Source of the DNA: Sedimentisphaeraceae bacterium JB056
GTDB taxonomy: Bacteria > Planctomycetota > Phycisphaerae > Sedimentisphaerales > Sedimentisphaeraceae
DNA: 64,000 nucleotides
NCBI GenBank assembly: GCA_044440125.1
Contig: JBITAJ010000021.1
Location: 247,948-311,947 of the forward strand
Direction of reading: 5' to 3'
Part shown: positions 29,178-39,675 of the stretch, piece by piece
Layout of the letters: the number at the start of each line of letters is the position of its first letter
Numbering within the stretch: the stretch's first letter is position 1
The notes under the pieces: model-generated
What the model was told of the DNA's origin: nothing
What the model saw: the letters and a program-made list of their open reading frames with translations, nothing else
Databases searched by the model: none
Made by a program: the position numbers and the translations under genes

Positions 29178-30122
29178 ATGAAAGATAAAAACGTGAATAG
29201 AGATTATGAACAGCCTATCTTGCCTGATGATTTTCATGAGTACTGGCAAAAAGGATTAGATGAACTCCAATCAATAGACATCAATTTGCAAATACAAAAG
29301 GCGGAATTTCAGACTGAAAAAGTTGAGTGTTTTGATATGTATTTTACGGGAACTAAAGGAGCAAGAATTTATTCAAAGCTCCTTAAACCCCGAAATATCG
29401 AAGCTAAAGCGCCGGCTGTTATTAAATTTCATGGACTCGGTGGGGATAGCGGCGACTGGTATGAAAAACTTGGATATGCCTCTGAAGGATTTGTTGTTGC
29501 GGCAATGGATTGTAGAGGACAAGGCGGCAAATCTGAAGATACCGGTAACGTAAAAGGCTCAACCATCCTTGGACATATCACAAGAGGGCTTGATGACAAT
29601 GCCAACAATCTACTCTACAGACAAATATATCTTGATGCGGCTATGCTTGCCATGATAATAATGAACTTTGAATATGTTGATGCAAACAGAGTTGGTGTTT
29701 ACGGCGGAAGTCAGGGAGGAGCATTGGCCCTGGCCTGTGCATCTCTAATAGAAAAAATCAAAATGGTTGCGGTTTGGTTTCCATTCTTGTGTAACATCCA
29801 AAAAGTCTACAATATGGACATCAACAGTGCCGCTTATAATGAAATAAAAGATTTCTTCAGAAAATTTGATAAGACACATGAAAGAGAACACGAGATATTC
29901 ACAAAACTGGGCTATATTGACATAATTAATTTAGTCCCGAATATTAAGGTAGAAGTGCTGTTTTTCGCATCAATGAACGACAATATCTGCCCTCCCTGTA
30001 CACAAATCGCAGCATTTGATAAAATCAAAAGCAAAAAACAAATACTAAAGTACAAAGACTATTCCCACGAAGAAATTCCTGGATGTAATGATCTAATATT
30101 CCAGTTTTTCTCAAAACTATAA
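29178..30122 (+). CDS. Acetyl xylan esterase / cephalosporin-C deacetylase (CE7)
   Basis: PDDF..YW, DCRGQGG, GGSQGG nucleophile, D..CPP, C-terminal HE. Confidence 0.9.
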   Translation: MKDKNVNRDYEQPILPDDFHEYWQKGLDELQSIDINLQIQKAEFQTEKVECFDMYFTGTKGARIYSKLLKPRNIEAKAPAVIKFHGLGGDSGDWYEKLGYASEGFVVAAMDCRGQGGKSEDTGNVKGSTILGHITRGLDDNANNLLYRQIYLDAAMLAMIIMNFEYVDANRVGVYGGSQGGALALACASLIEKIKMVAVWFPFLCNIQKVYNMDINSAAYNEIKDFFRKFDKTHEREHEIFTKLGYIDIINLVPNIKVEVLFFASMNDNICPPCTQIAAFDKIKSKKQILKYKDYSHEEIPGCNDLIFQFFSKL

Positions 30123-30129
30123 AAGACTA

Positions 30130-30173
30130 ACAAGTCAGTATCCACTGCAAATTGACGAACTTTCTGACGAACT
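30130..30173 (+). repeat. 44-bp direct repeat, copy 2 (copy 1 at 12004-12047)
   Basis: ACAAGTCAGTATCCACTGCAAATTGACGAACTTTCTGACGAACT. Confidence 0.92.
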
Positions 30174-30366
30174 ATTTAAAATATTTCACTAAGTGTCATA
30201 CATACGCTACAGAGATATAACCTCATCCGAAATGTATTGTTACCACATGACTTTAGCTGCAAGGTAAATCCAAAATGTCATTATCATTGAATCCTGTAAT
30301 CAAAACTTTAGACAAACTAAAATGCTTGCTAATTTTATCAATTGCTAAAAAATCATCTCTAAAACC

Positions 30367-30565
30367 CCTTACGGATGAAATACCTTGTAATAATCACTAA
30401 CTTCTGTATTATTTACTGGCTATGAAACAGAAATTTCTAATCGCAATGGCATCCTGTATTGCCTATTGTATCAACAAAGAACTCTACCGGGCAATTGATT
30501 ATCTCAAAGCTCAGTTAGAAGTACTCCTTGAAAAACAACAAAAACAGAACAAGCGAATCTGCTTA
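30367..30565 (+). pseudogene. 5' remnant of a probable transposase/integrase-core gene, copy 1 of a repeat with 41967-42122
   Basis: 48 bp identical to 42000-42047. MKQKFLIAMASCIAYCINKELYRAIDYLKAQLEVL...KRI resembles the N-terminus of planctomycete integrase-core transposases (recalled, not searched). Truncated by the convergent glycerate kinase gene. Confidence 0.55.
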
Positions 30566-30569
30566 AGCT

Positions 30570-31688
30570 TCAAAACATGTAACGACTTGCAAGTTTTGAA
30601 GCGATTCTTTTCAGATGCTGCTTTGGAAAATTTAGAACTTCATCAATTCCAAATTCATCATCCACACACCCAATTGCATCTGTAATCGCGTATCTTGTCA
30701 ATTTACTTTTGGGTACTTCAAGACTGCCTGCGAGAACATATAGAGGCTTAGAATGCTTTTTTGCACGCTTGGCAATGCCGCTAACAACTTTACCATCGAG
30801 AGATTGCATATCAAACCGGCCTTCACCGGTTACAACAATATCCGAGTCCAAAATCATCTTATCAACATTGCTCAAATCAGCGATGGTGTCGATTCCTGAA
30901 ACTAAACTTGCATTCATAAAAGCGATTGCTCCGCCAGCAAGACCACCCGAGGCCCCTGCTCCTAAAACGTTAATATCCATACCAAGCTTTGCTTTGACTA
31001 TTTCAGCAAGATTTGACATACCTTTCTCAAGAAGCTCGACAGAAGCCTCATCTGCACCTTTTTGCGGTCCAAAAATCCTTGCTGCTCCTTTTTCTCCAAG
31101 AAGTGGATTATCCACGTCGCAAAGCACCTCGACAGGCGGCAGCAAAAATGGTTCCGGTTTAACAATAGACACAATCCTGTCAAGCATTGCTCCACCATAG
31201 ACAAGCTCTCTACCGTCAGAATCAAGAAACTTCCACCCTAAAGCTGCGGCTGCTCCAATCCCCCCGTCAACCGTGCAGCTGCCACCTACAGCAAGCAGAA
31301 TTTTAGACGGATTCAAATCACAGGCAGCCCTGATAAGCTCTCCAACACCATAAGTCGTTGCTTTCAAGGGATCAAGTTCATTTTCTGCCAAGAGCGGCAG
31401 CCCAGCAGTCTTCGCCATTTCAACTACAGCAACGCGAGTACTCGGAAGCCAAAGAAAACAGGCATTTACCTTTCTATCAGAAAATGGACCTGTAACTTCA
31501 ACATCAACACTGCGACAATCCAAACTGCAAGCAATTGCCTCAATACTTCCCTCGCCACCATCGGCAATTGGAACGCTGAGAATCTCCGCATCACATATAA
31601 TATCCCGAATCCCCTCAGATACTGCATTACAAGCCTCAATAGAGCTTAGAGTACCCTTGAAAGAATCCATTAAGACCGCAATCTTCAT
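30570..31688 (-). CDS. glxK: Glycerate kinase (GlxK/GarK family)
   Basis: MDSFKGTLSS, PIADGGEG, GGSCTVDGG, CDVDNPLLG, GAGASGG, VTGEGRFD.QSL.GK. Confidence 0.93.
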   Translation of the reverse strand: MKIAVLMDSFKGTLSSIEACNAVSEGIRDIICDAEILSVPIADGGEGSIEAIACSLDCRSVDVEVTGPFSDRKVNACFLWLPSTRVAVVEMAKTAGLPLLAENELDPLKATTYGVGELIRAACDLNPSKILLAVGGSCTVDGGIGAAAALGWKFLDSDGRELVYGGAMLDRIVSIVKPEPFLLPPVEVLCDVDNPLLGEKGAARIFGPQKGADEASVELLEKGMSNLAEIVKAKLGMDINVLGAGASGGLAGGAIAFMNASLVSGIDTIADLSNVDKMILDSDIVVTGEGRFDMQSLDGKVVSGIAKRAKKHSKPLYVLAGSLEVPKSKLTRYAITDAIGCVDDEFGIDEVLNFPKQHLKRIASKLASRYMF

Positions 31689-31707
31689 CTTTAATCAACA
31701 CTTTCGT

Positions 31708-32655
31708 TTATGATACCACGTTTACAGGTTTCCCTGCAACAAATGCTTCAATATTACTTATTGCAACAGACATCAATCTCGCTCTGGCAGAATGCGTAGC
31801 CCATGCAATATGCGGAGTTATATAGCAATTATCTGCAGAAAAAAGTGGATTGTCACGAGAAGGAGGTTCCGTTGAAAGAACATCCAACCCAGCACCAGCT
31901 ATCAATCCATCATTAAGGGCATTTGCCAAATCTGCCTCATTTACCAGCGATCCCCTGCTTGTGTTAATCAGAAATGATGTTTTCTTCATCTTTTCGAGGC
32001 AATTCTTATCTATCAGTTCTCTTGTATTTTCAGTAAGAGGGCAATGAAGACTCACAACATCACTTCTGCTGAGAAGGAAGTCCATATCAACAAGCTCTAT
32101 TAGATCAGATTCTGCAGCACCTGGATCGTAACCAATAACTTTCATACCAAAAGCCTTGGCTATTATAGCTACATTCCTGCCTATCCTTCCACACCCTATC
32201 AATCCAAGAGTAAGCCCGTTTAGTTCAATCAAAGGCTTATCCCAATAGCAAAAGCTGTCGCACTCTGCCCATTTTCCTGCATAAACACTACAGGAATGAT
32301 AACCTACATGCTGGCTCAATTCCAGTAATAAAGAAAATACCATCTGTGCTACAGACAATGTGCCATATTCAGGCACGTTAGTAACAACAACGCCACGACT
32401 TGCAGCCTCCTTTATATCAACAACATCATAACCGGTCGCCGTAACACTTATCATCTTCAAATCAGGCAGAGCTTCAAACATATCCTTATCGAACACGACT
32501 TTATTGTTTACTACAATATCCGCATCTTTACATCTCTCAATACATTCCTGCCTTGTACTGTTATCGTAGATTTCACACTCTCCTATCCTTGAAAGCAACT
32601 CCCAGTCAAGGTCTCCAGGATTCAATGTAACACCATCAGTAACTACTATCTTCAT
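31708..32655 (-). CDS. hprA: D-2-hydroxyacid dehydrogenase (glycerate dehydrogenase / hydroxypyruvate reductase)
   Basis: MKIVVTDGVTLNPGDL, ATGYD, GCGRIG, SLHCPLT, INTSRG, DVL..EP, TPHIAW. Confidence 0.88.
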   Translation of the reverse strand: MKIVVTDGVTLNPGDLDWELLSRIGECEIYDNSTRQECIERCKDADIVVNNKVVFDKDMFEALPDLKMISVTATGYDVVDIKEAASRGVVVTNVPEYGTLSVAQMVFSLLLELSQHVGYHSCSVYAGKWAECDSFCYWDKPLIELNGLTLGLIGCGRIGRNVAIIAKAFGMKVIGYDPGAAESDLIELVDMDFLLSRSDVVSLHCPLTENTRELIDKNCLEKMKKTSFLINTSRGSLVNEADLANALNDGLIAGAGLDVLSTEPPSRDNPLFSADNCYITPHIAWATHSARARLMSVAISNIEAFVAGKPVNVVS

Positions 32656-32760
32656 AATACTTCTCTTTCCATGCTCTAACTAAATCAAATAAAGCGAGGC
32701 GAATAAGCAAATACCCAGCTCGCTGTTCAATTCTAATACTTTAGACGATATACGATTTTC

Positions 32761-34086
32761 TTATTTGCTATCTACTTCAATTATCTCTTTTAGCTTTACA
32801 ATGTCAACATCAGCGACACAAGATTCATTGCGTGCAGCCATTGCCGCAGCAACGCCTGCCGCCTCTCCGGTGGTCATACATACCGGCATAACACGTGCAG
32901 AACTTGCAGCAATATGTGATGCACTTATCGCCCTGCCTGCAACAAGATAGTTGCGGCAATCTTTTGATTGCAGACATCTGTAAGGTATACCGTAACACTC
33001 TCCTTCAGGAAGCCTTCGCATGTCAGTGCCCTCTGAGTCAGGTGAATGTGCATCTATGTAATAAGCTACTTTAGCTATCTGATCGTCAAATTTCCGGCAT
33101 TCAACTACATCGTCTTCAACCAATCTGTATGGTCCTATAACACGTCTCGTCTCACGTACTCCAAGCTGAGGACTGGTCTTTACCAACTGTACATTTTCAA
33201 AACCAGGCAGATATTTCCGCATAAATTCCACCGCATCAGCAACTTGCTTTCTACCCTCTAATTCTGCTTTTGTTACTTCAAGCGAATTGGTAGCATCGTA
33301 ACCAACCATACGTGTACCGTTAACAGTGACCATCCACGGACATCTCGGGTCAGCCCAGATCAGGCAAAAACACTCCTTAGGTATTTTCCATTCGTTGTTG
33401 TCTTTCGCCATTTTAATGTATTTCAGTAAGTTGGGATCGCCATCGCCCCACCAGACATATTTATTATCGACAACTTCGCAACCGCCAGCTCTTGCTTTCT
33501 CCAAATCCACTGGACCTACCGAATATATCTGAGTCATAGGTTGGCACTGATTATCCTGCGGCCTGCCAACTTCAGTTTCCAAACCTGCAAAGAATGCAAG
33601 ATCTGCATCACCTGTAGCATCAATGAATACTTTCGAAGCAAACTTGTATTTTTTATTCGATCTTCCTGTAGCTGTTATCGACTCAATCGTACCATTATTA
33701 AAGGCTGCTCCTTCAAGAGTAAGATGATAGTAAATATCAACTCCCGACTCAACAAGCATATCATCACAGGCTTTTTTAATATCTTCGGTATTAGCCACTA
33801 CACTTTTGGCTATTTCAGTACTGGCATAAGCCGCACCATCTTTTATCATACCATCAATCAATTCATTGTATATATTACTGGCAAGGTTTCGTGTTCCGGC
33901 ATGTTCATTCATGTAAACACTAACTCCGCCTGCAGTTGCCATACCGCCGCAAAAACCGTATCTCTCAATCAAGGTAGTCTTAGCACCTTGTCTGGCTGAA
34001 GCTACTGCTGCAGCAAAACCTGCCGGCCCGCCGCCTATAACAACTACTTCATACGAAAATTCTAACATAATTATCCTTTCAATCAT
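32761..34086 (-). CDS. FAD-dependent oxidoreductase
   Basis: VIGGGPAG, GGMATAG, FIDATGDAD, GVRETRR, YGIPYRCL, VAGR.IS; start may be the Met at 34068. Confidence 0.9.
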   Translation of the reverse strand: MIERIIMLEFSYEVVVIGGGPAGFAAAVASARQGAKTTLIERYGFCGGMATAGGVSVYMNEHAGTRNLASNIYNELIDGMIKDGAAYASTEIAKSVVANTEDIKKACDDMLVESGVDIYYHLTLEGAAFNNGTIESITATGRSNKKYKFASKVFIDATGDADLAFFAGLETEVGRPQDNQCQPMTQIYSVGPVDLEKARAGGCEVVDNKYVWWGDGDPNLLKYIKMAKDNNEWKIPKECFCLIWADPRCPWMVTVNGTRMVGYDATNSLEVTKAELEGRKQVADAVEFMRKYLPGFENVQLVKTSPQLGVRETRRVIGPYRLVEDDVVECRKFDDQIAKVAYYIDAHSPDSEGTDMRRLPEGECYGIPYRCLQSKDCRNYLVAGRAISASHIAASSARVMPVCMTTGEAAGVAAAMAARNESCVADVDIVKLKEIIEVDSK

Positions 34087-36235
34087 TCTCTAAAAGATCT
34101 ATAACATTCAACTTTTTATATTCTGCGTTTAAGGATATTCCTACCCTTTTAGATTCACTTGTATCAAGATTCCAATCTTTTATTTTAGTATATACATCTG
34201 AATAATTGCCTTCAGAATACGCTTCCGGTTCTATCAAAACTTTATGTTCAAGATTGATGTTGCTGGCTGAAATCAAATTTGTAAAATCAAATTCAATATC
34301 AACTACCGAATCAGCAGGATCATGATTAATAACATTTATCCTGAATTTCTTGTCGCCAATCTTCAACACCGTAATTTCTGCAACTCCATTCCCTGAACGC
34401 CAATCAAGAGTCATATCAGGATATACAAGTTCAGCATTTCTCAAACCGTAAGCCTCTATGATATAAGGAACTCTATCCATACACCAGCCTTGATAGCTGC
34501 TCGAAGGATTGTTAGGCATAAGATTTGGAAGTAAACCATACGTTAAAATATGAGATATATACTCATAATCATTCTTCAAACTACCGGTACTTTGGTCTGT
34601 CCAGTATAAAACGGATGTATATCCATGAGGTGGCTGCCACAATTTTGCACGCTCCATCGCATCGGAAAGAATTCTCCAGTTTTCATCAAGCCATAAATCA
34701 GGTTGCGCAAGCTCCTCAACAATAAAGTCTGAAACAAAACACTGACCATTATTAACTTGCATTTTAGGCGACAAATCGGAAGCATGAACACTCTGATAAA
34801 CACCCTTAAAAAGCTGATGCCAGCTTTTCCAATCAGTAACACTGTTGTGAGCCCAATCCTTATACAAAAGATACTTTCCGTCACCACCATCAACATAATT
34901 GAAATCAAGAGGCACATTCTGATACCATAATTCTGTCATATGGGAACAGTAATCACGTGCAGCAACATCGTTTATATTTCTTAATATGCGGGATGGCTCG
35001 GTATACAGGTATTCACCGTAATGATTCTTAGCCTTCCAGTCATCATGCAACATCGACTCTTCTGAATTTTCGTCTATCGTCCAATGATACCCTATATAAT
35101 GACCAAACTTAATTTTGGGACAATCTCGCCTTGTAAGAGAAAGTCCACTTATCGTCCAATCTTTATCCGCCTGTTGAGCAGGAATCGGTTGACAATAGGG
35201 CTCTCTTGCTATTGTGCCGTATTCACCCTCGAAAGTCTCTCCACCAGATTGCATACTTGCACCCCAGTAAACTACAAGATAATAGCCGGGTAATGAATTT
35301 GACAACACACCAACACTGTTCTTAAAATTATAATAATTCAATAATTGCGAGGGTTCATATACAAACCCCGTAATGCAGACTTGCCCCAGCCAGCTGGGCA
35401 TCTCAAGCCCCTGCCATATCTCTTGACGCAAACTGCTGACTTTTTCAAGTTGAGGCCATTGACGCAGCATTTTTGATGGGGATCCAATATCCCCCATAAT
35501 AGCAACCTCATATTCAATGCTCTCTCCATCTCCAATATAGCCGTAGTAACTGGACTGCTCCCAGCCTCCCGGAATATAGAACGATGCTCCACCGTTCATT
35601 GACTCAGGAAAAACAGGATACGCGTCTCTTGTATAGGATAATGTTCCAATAAAAGAACCTTTATTGGAAAAAGATATCATCTGGCTGTTAAGTTCTTCAG
35701 ATCGAAGGCTTCTGACCCTCTCTCTGGAAGAAATCAGTTCTGAGTTCCTATAATCAAAGTTTGGAACATAGTAATCGCCTTGCTTATAGTAATTTTCATA
35801 TAACTCTACAGATGTCATTGCTGAGAGAAAAAAGCCCTCTCCAGAATTATTTTCAATCACCACTTTTTTCAACAGAATATCATTTTCCCAGTAATACTCT
35901 ATCGTATGCTTAAATCCATTTTCAGAAAGTCCAGGATTTTCAACTCTAAAATATGACCTGTATGGGCTGTATTCGTCATATACAACAGAATTTTCTGTCT
36001 CATTAACTGAGAAAAAGTCATTATCGTTTTGGAAAAACCAGCGATCATGAACAGCAGAGATACTTTTAACCGTTCCTATCTTAACCTCTGAAATGTTGCC
36101 GGTCATCGAATCGATTGATACAGAGAAATCATCTTTCCACATTTGCATATTGATAGAATACACCGTCGTGATTGCAAAGCAGCAGATCACCGACACGCAT
36201 TTCTGAACGAAATTAATGTCCACCGACACCCGCAT
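34079..36235 (-). CDS. Secreted hypothetical protein, possible glycoside hydrolase TIM barrel
   Basis: Long ORF (track start 36316). A promoter-like TTGTCA-16-TATAAT at 36352-36325 favours the downstream Met at 36235. Signal-like segment; aromatic-rich; FNYVDG. Confidence 0.55.
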   Translation of the reverse strand: MRVSVDINFVQKCVSVICCFAITTVYSINMQMWKDDFSVSIDSMTGNISEVKIGTVKSISAVHDRWFFQNDNDFFSVNETENSVVYDEYSPYRSYFRVENPGLSENGFKHTIEYYWENDILLKKVVIENNSGEGFFLSAMTSVELYENYYKQGDYYVPNFDYRNSELISSRERVRSLRSEELNSQMISFSNKGSFIGTLSYTRDAYPVFPESMNGGASFYIPGGWEQSSYYGYIGDGESIEYEVAIMGDIGSPSKMLRQWPQLEKVSSLRQEIWQGLEMPSWLGQVCITGFVYEPSQLLNYYNFKNSVGVLSNSLPGYYLVVYWGASMQSGGETFEGEYGTIAREPYCQPIPAQQADKDWTISGLSLTRRDCPKIKFGHYIGYHWTIDENSEESMLHDDWKAKNHYGEYLYTEPSRILRNINDVAARDYCSHMTELWYQNVPLDFNYVDGGDGKYLLYKDWAHNSVTDWKSWHQLFKGVYQSVHASDLSPKMQVNNGQCFVSDFIVEELAQPDLWLDENWRILSDAMERAKLWQPPHGYTSVLYWTDQSTGSLKNDYEYISHILTYGLLPNLMPNNPSSSYQGWCMDRVPYIIEAYGLRNAELVYPDMTLDWRSGNGVAEITVLKIGDKKFRINVINHDPADSVVDIEFDFTNLISASNINLEHKVLIEPEAYSEGNYSDVYTKIKDWNLDTSESKRVGISLNAEYKKLNVIDLLEND

Positions 36236-36453
36236 CTTTACTGTTCCAATACCACATATAATTTGAACCTGAATGATGCATAGCCTTAACATCATTAGAT
36301 AAATAGAGCCAATCATATAGGCTTATTATATTCGATAATCAGGTTTTGACAATCGATTTTATCTTGCTTTTACAGTACTAAATTAACACGGCGACATCAT
36401 AAATCACTTCTGAAAATGGTGTAATCCTATCGTCATTTATTAGGTTCCAACAG

Positions 36454-36487
36454 AAAAAGGCTCTCTGCTGAAATAACAGAGAGCCTT
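36454..36487 (-). terminator. Rho-independent terminator downstream of the 36665-39181 gene
   Basis: AAGGCTCTCTG ... CAGAGAGCCTT stem ending in a T run on the minus strand. Confidence 0.7.
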
Positions 36488-36664
36488 AAAAACACTTATC
36501 AGAATTAAATCCGGTAGACCCTGAATACTATTTTACAACTATACTTTAATCATATCTTAAGCCGCTGAATATTACAGTCTCCGCTAACCCGCAGCTGCGA
36601 AGGGGCCTGTTCAGGCTCAAAGGTCATAATTAAGTAAGTATCTGTCAATATTCCCCGATAGAGC

Positions 36665-39181
36665 TTAGTTTTCAAATACATATCTGGCAGTATTGTTATC
36701 ATCACTGTCAGGTACATTTGTCATTATACCGGAAACCTTCGCACCATCTGAGAAATAAACCGTTGCCTTCAGCCCCGTAATGGCACCATCAATATCACCC
36801 CCGGACCAATCATCTGATTGACCAGGCTCAAGGCCGTCACCTGATGGGTCCAAGTACAAAACTTTCGCCAAATTGTTGTCATTATTTCCATTAGCTGCAG
36901 GGCCGGGAGTAGTTGTGAATATTGAACCTGAATTAGCGGTATCAAAAATCTTACTGTCGGCTTCAATTACTACGCGCTGAATTTTCACAGAATCAGAATT
37001 GTTGTAAACACGTAACCTGTAATCGTCATACTGATCGTATGGATCAACTTCTACCCTCACATCATAAACATTTGTCAGCTCAAGCAGCATTCTGTCCCTA
37101 TGGCCGTCATCAGTGTCCATTATATTACGGAACACGCCCTGTAAGGAATAGCCATTGCTATAATATACAGTAGCCATCAAACCATGTTGACCTAAATAAT
37201 CCATATCATTACCAGAGAGGCCGGTAGCCGTATAACCGGCTGCTAAACCTGAACCAAAATCAAGAACTGCATAGTTAGAATAGTTAGCGTTATTATCATG
37301 CAAACCGCTTGGCGTTACTGTATAGTCTGAAGTATTGGCAAACAAATCGAATATTTTGTAGCCATGGCACCACAGAACTATCTTTTCGATTGAAGCATCT
37401 GAGTTACTGTTATTTGTAACTGAAAAAGTGAAATAATATCCAGAATGAGTTACATCCAATTCTAAATTACACGCCAAAGCCGGTGTCGTGGATTTAATTA
37501 CAGGCTCACCTGTTGTCCAATTCAAGTCATAAGTATGAACTTGGAAAGGAGAAAATGTGTCTTGAATCAGACCATTAGAATAAACCCATACATATTCGCT
37601 TGAATCTTCGCTGGCACCGATTCTATTAGCTCTGGTGTAACTGGTGTCAAGATTGTGGTAGAATCTTGCATTTGTTAAAGTTTGATCTGAAACATTTTGA
37701 GCAATAATTATAGGTTTGTTCCTGCTGGGATCATAGTAAACTTTCGCAACAATACGATCATCTTCAACTTCTTTAATACCGCCTAAGATTTCACCACCTG
37801 CTAAAGCATCTCCAATATCGTCAAAGGCTGTCTCTATCGGGGCAAAAACATCATCAAGCCAGCTACTGCCGTCATAAGCATAAGGATACGATCCGCCAAG
37901 CGCAACACTACTTAAGGCACGATAATAAGTAAACCATATAAGTGAATCTGCTCCATTAAGAATACTGAAATTAGCCATAGCATCGGCCTCTGACAAACTT
38001 GGAAGCCTTAGATCATAATATAAATCTCCCGAACTCGTGCCAGACTGCCTTCCAAGTGATTGCTGAATTGGAATAAAGTCCCTTCCATAGTTATTCAATA
38101 CAGAACCATGCCCCGCTGTAACAGCCATCCAAGAAGAATTGGTGTTACTTCGCCAGAAATCCATTGATCCATATGCCGTCTGAACCGGGTATGGATATTC
38201 ATCAAACAACATTATATCAAACGCTTCATGGTACTCCTGTACTTTACAATGCCACGGATAATAAATAAAGGTTAATGCTATCGGCAAAGAACTCAAAGAC
38301 CTTATCTTATCATAGGCTGCTTCACAATTAGCGGCAGAAACATCATGACCATCCGGCTCATCATATAAATACCATGCAAGTATAGCTGGATGATCTTCTC
38401 CGTTGGTCTGTAAACCTGTCACAAATGTTTCTATGTCTGCTAAATCAGCGTCTTCAACTGCGGCAGGAGGAATTTGAACCATTACTTTTAAACCTTTGGC
38501 CTGGCAGGCATTAAGGTAAGTAAACGAATTGGATGGGCCATAGTAATTCATAACAACATCAGCATCAGCATCATCTTTAACTCTGGTATAGGAGCCTGAT
38601 TCGTAAAAACCTAATTCAAATGATGGATCAGGCTCAGTAACCTCTACATAAGACAGGCCGTCATACCATGTCCTGTCTCCTCTCGCCGCGATATAAACAT
38701 CTATTTTGCCGGAAATATCCGCAACAGCAGATCCGACAAGATATTCATATTGCGGACCGACACCTGTCGCGTAACCACCGGTCAGGTCACTGTTAGAAGC
38801 AACCGCAGCAGTAACTACCTGAGGATCTGCCGTAGAATCTAAAGTAGCACCCAATGACCATACCTGAGATGTATGCCCAAAATAAACAATTCTGATATCA
38901 TAGGTCTTGCCCGAAGTCAAGCCGGAAATAGTAGTAACCAGATCATAATCGTTCCAGAACCCCTCTAAAATAGTGCCGCTTTCAACTCCCCATGACCCCG
39001 TTCTTATGTGCCACAGAGCACCGCTGCCGTCAGTAGTGTTATACCATGGCGTGGTATCATCTATCGCAGCCGTATTTGAAGCACTGGCATCGACATAGGT
39101 TCCGGTAATTGCCGCATTCACAACGGTTATCTGGAATAATAGAGCCATAACTAACAGCATGTAGTTTCTTTTGATACACAT
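36665..39181 (-). CDS. Secreted multidomain protein with GH-like TIM barrel and two C-terminal repeats
   Basis: Signal peptide; HPAILAWYLYDEPD and DEYP clan GH-A-like motifs; duplicated V.NNS....I..(I/V)V.....KIFD units. Confidence 0.6.
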   Translation of the reverse strand: MCIKRNYMLLVMALLFQITVVNAAITGTYVDASASNTAAIDDTTPWYNTTDGSGALWHIRTGSWGVESGTILEGFWNDYDLVTTISGLTSGKTYDIRIVYFGHTSQVWSLGATLDSTADPQVVTAAVASNSDLTGGYATGVGPQYEYLVGSAVADISGKIDVYIAARGDRTWYDGLSYVEVTEPDPSFELGFYESGSYTRVKDDADADVVMNYYGPSNSFTYLNACQAKGLKVMVQIPPAAVEDADLADIETFVTGLQTNGEDHPAILAWYLYDEPDGHDVSAANCEAAYDKIRSLSSLPIALTFIYYPWHCKVQEYHEAFDIMLFDEYPYPVQTAYGSMDFWRSNTNSSWMAVTAGHGSVLNNYGRDFIPIQQSLGRQSGTSSGDLYYDLRLPSLSEADAMANFSILNGADSLIWFTYYRALSSVALGGSYPYAYDGSSWLDDVFAPIETAFDDIGDALAGGEILGGIKEVEDDRIVAKVYYDPSRNKPIIIAQNVSDQTLTNARFYHNLDTSYTRANRIGASEDSSEYVWVYSNGLIQDTFSPFQVHTYDLNWTTGEPVIKSTTPALACNLELDVTHSGYYFTFSVTNNSNSDASIEKIVLWCHGYKIFDLFANTSDYTVTPSGLHDNNANYSNYAVLDFGSGLAAGYTATGLSGNDMDYLGQHGLMATVYYSNGYSLQGVFRNIMDTDDGHRDRMLLELTNVYDVRVEVDPYDQYDDYRLRVYNNSDSVKIQRVVIEADSKIFDTANSGSIFTTTPGPAANGNNDNNLAKVLYLDPSGDGLEPGQSDDWSGGDIDGAITGLKATVYFSDGAKVSGIMTNVPDSDDNNTARYVFEN

Positions 39182-39622
39182 AACGATTCCTTTAAAAATT
39201 TAACATAACCAACAAAACTTTTGCCTGACAACACATTGAACAGGCAAACCTGTAATACTTGTTTCTAAGAATATCAGTTGATGATAATCTTGCAGGCAAA
39301 TCTTTTTTAAAAGTCTCTGCCATTTATAAAGCAAACGTGATCACTAAGTTGCAACTCGTATACTCTACTAAAAAAAAAGATAGTATACAATTGACTTTAT
39401 ATCACTTTTACCATACTGAATTAACAATAACCTGTATTTGACTTTTTTGAAACTCTACATTCATTTTTGAAGCACATGTAAAATTCAAGTTTTAATAACT
39501 GTTTTTTTATCTAAGGCGATGTAGTCTATGGCAGCAATTTCAACAACAAACTGAAGGTTCTTTTTCGCCACATATATATAAGTTTTACAAAATAAACTTG
39601 CCTGCTGTTTTTTTTAGCGTAT

Positions 39623-39638
39623 AGTACAAACATGTACT
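39623..39638. promoter_or_regulatory. Palindromic candidate operator upstream of the M14 peptidase gene
   Basis: AGTACA-AACA-TGTACT overlapping a TATAGT -10-like hexamer. Confidence 0.35.
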
Positions 39639-39675
39639 CATCAAATATGTTTTTTACAATGAAAAGGTCAAACTA

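Noticed and set aside
30566..30685. C-terminal half of ORF 30422-30685 as real coding sequence
   Set aside because: It overlaps the convergent glycerate kinase gene; it is read-through from a truncated remnant.
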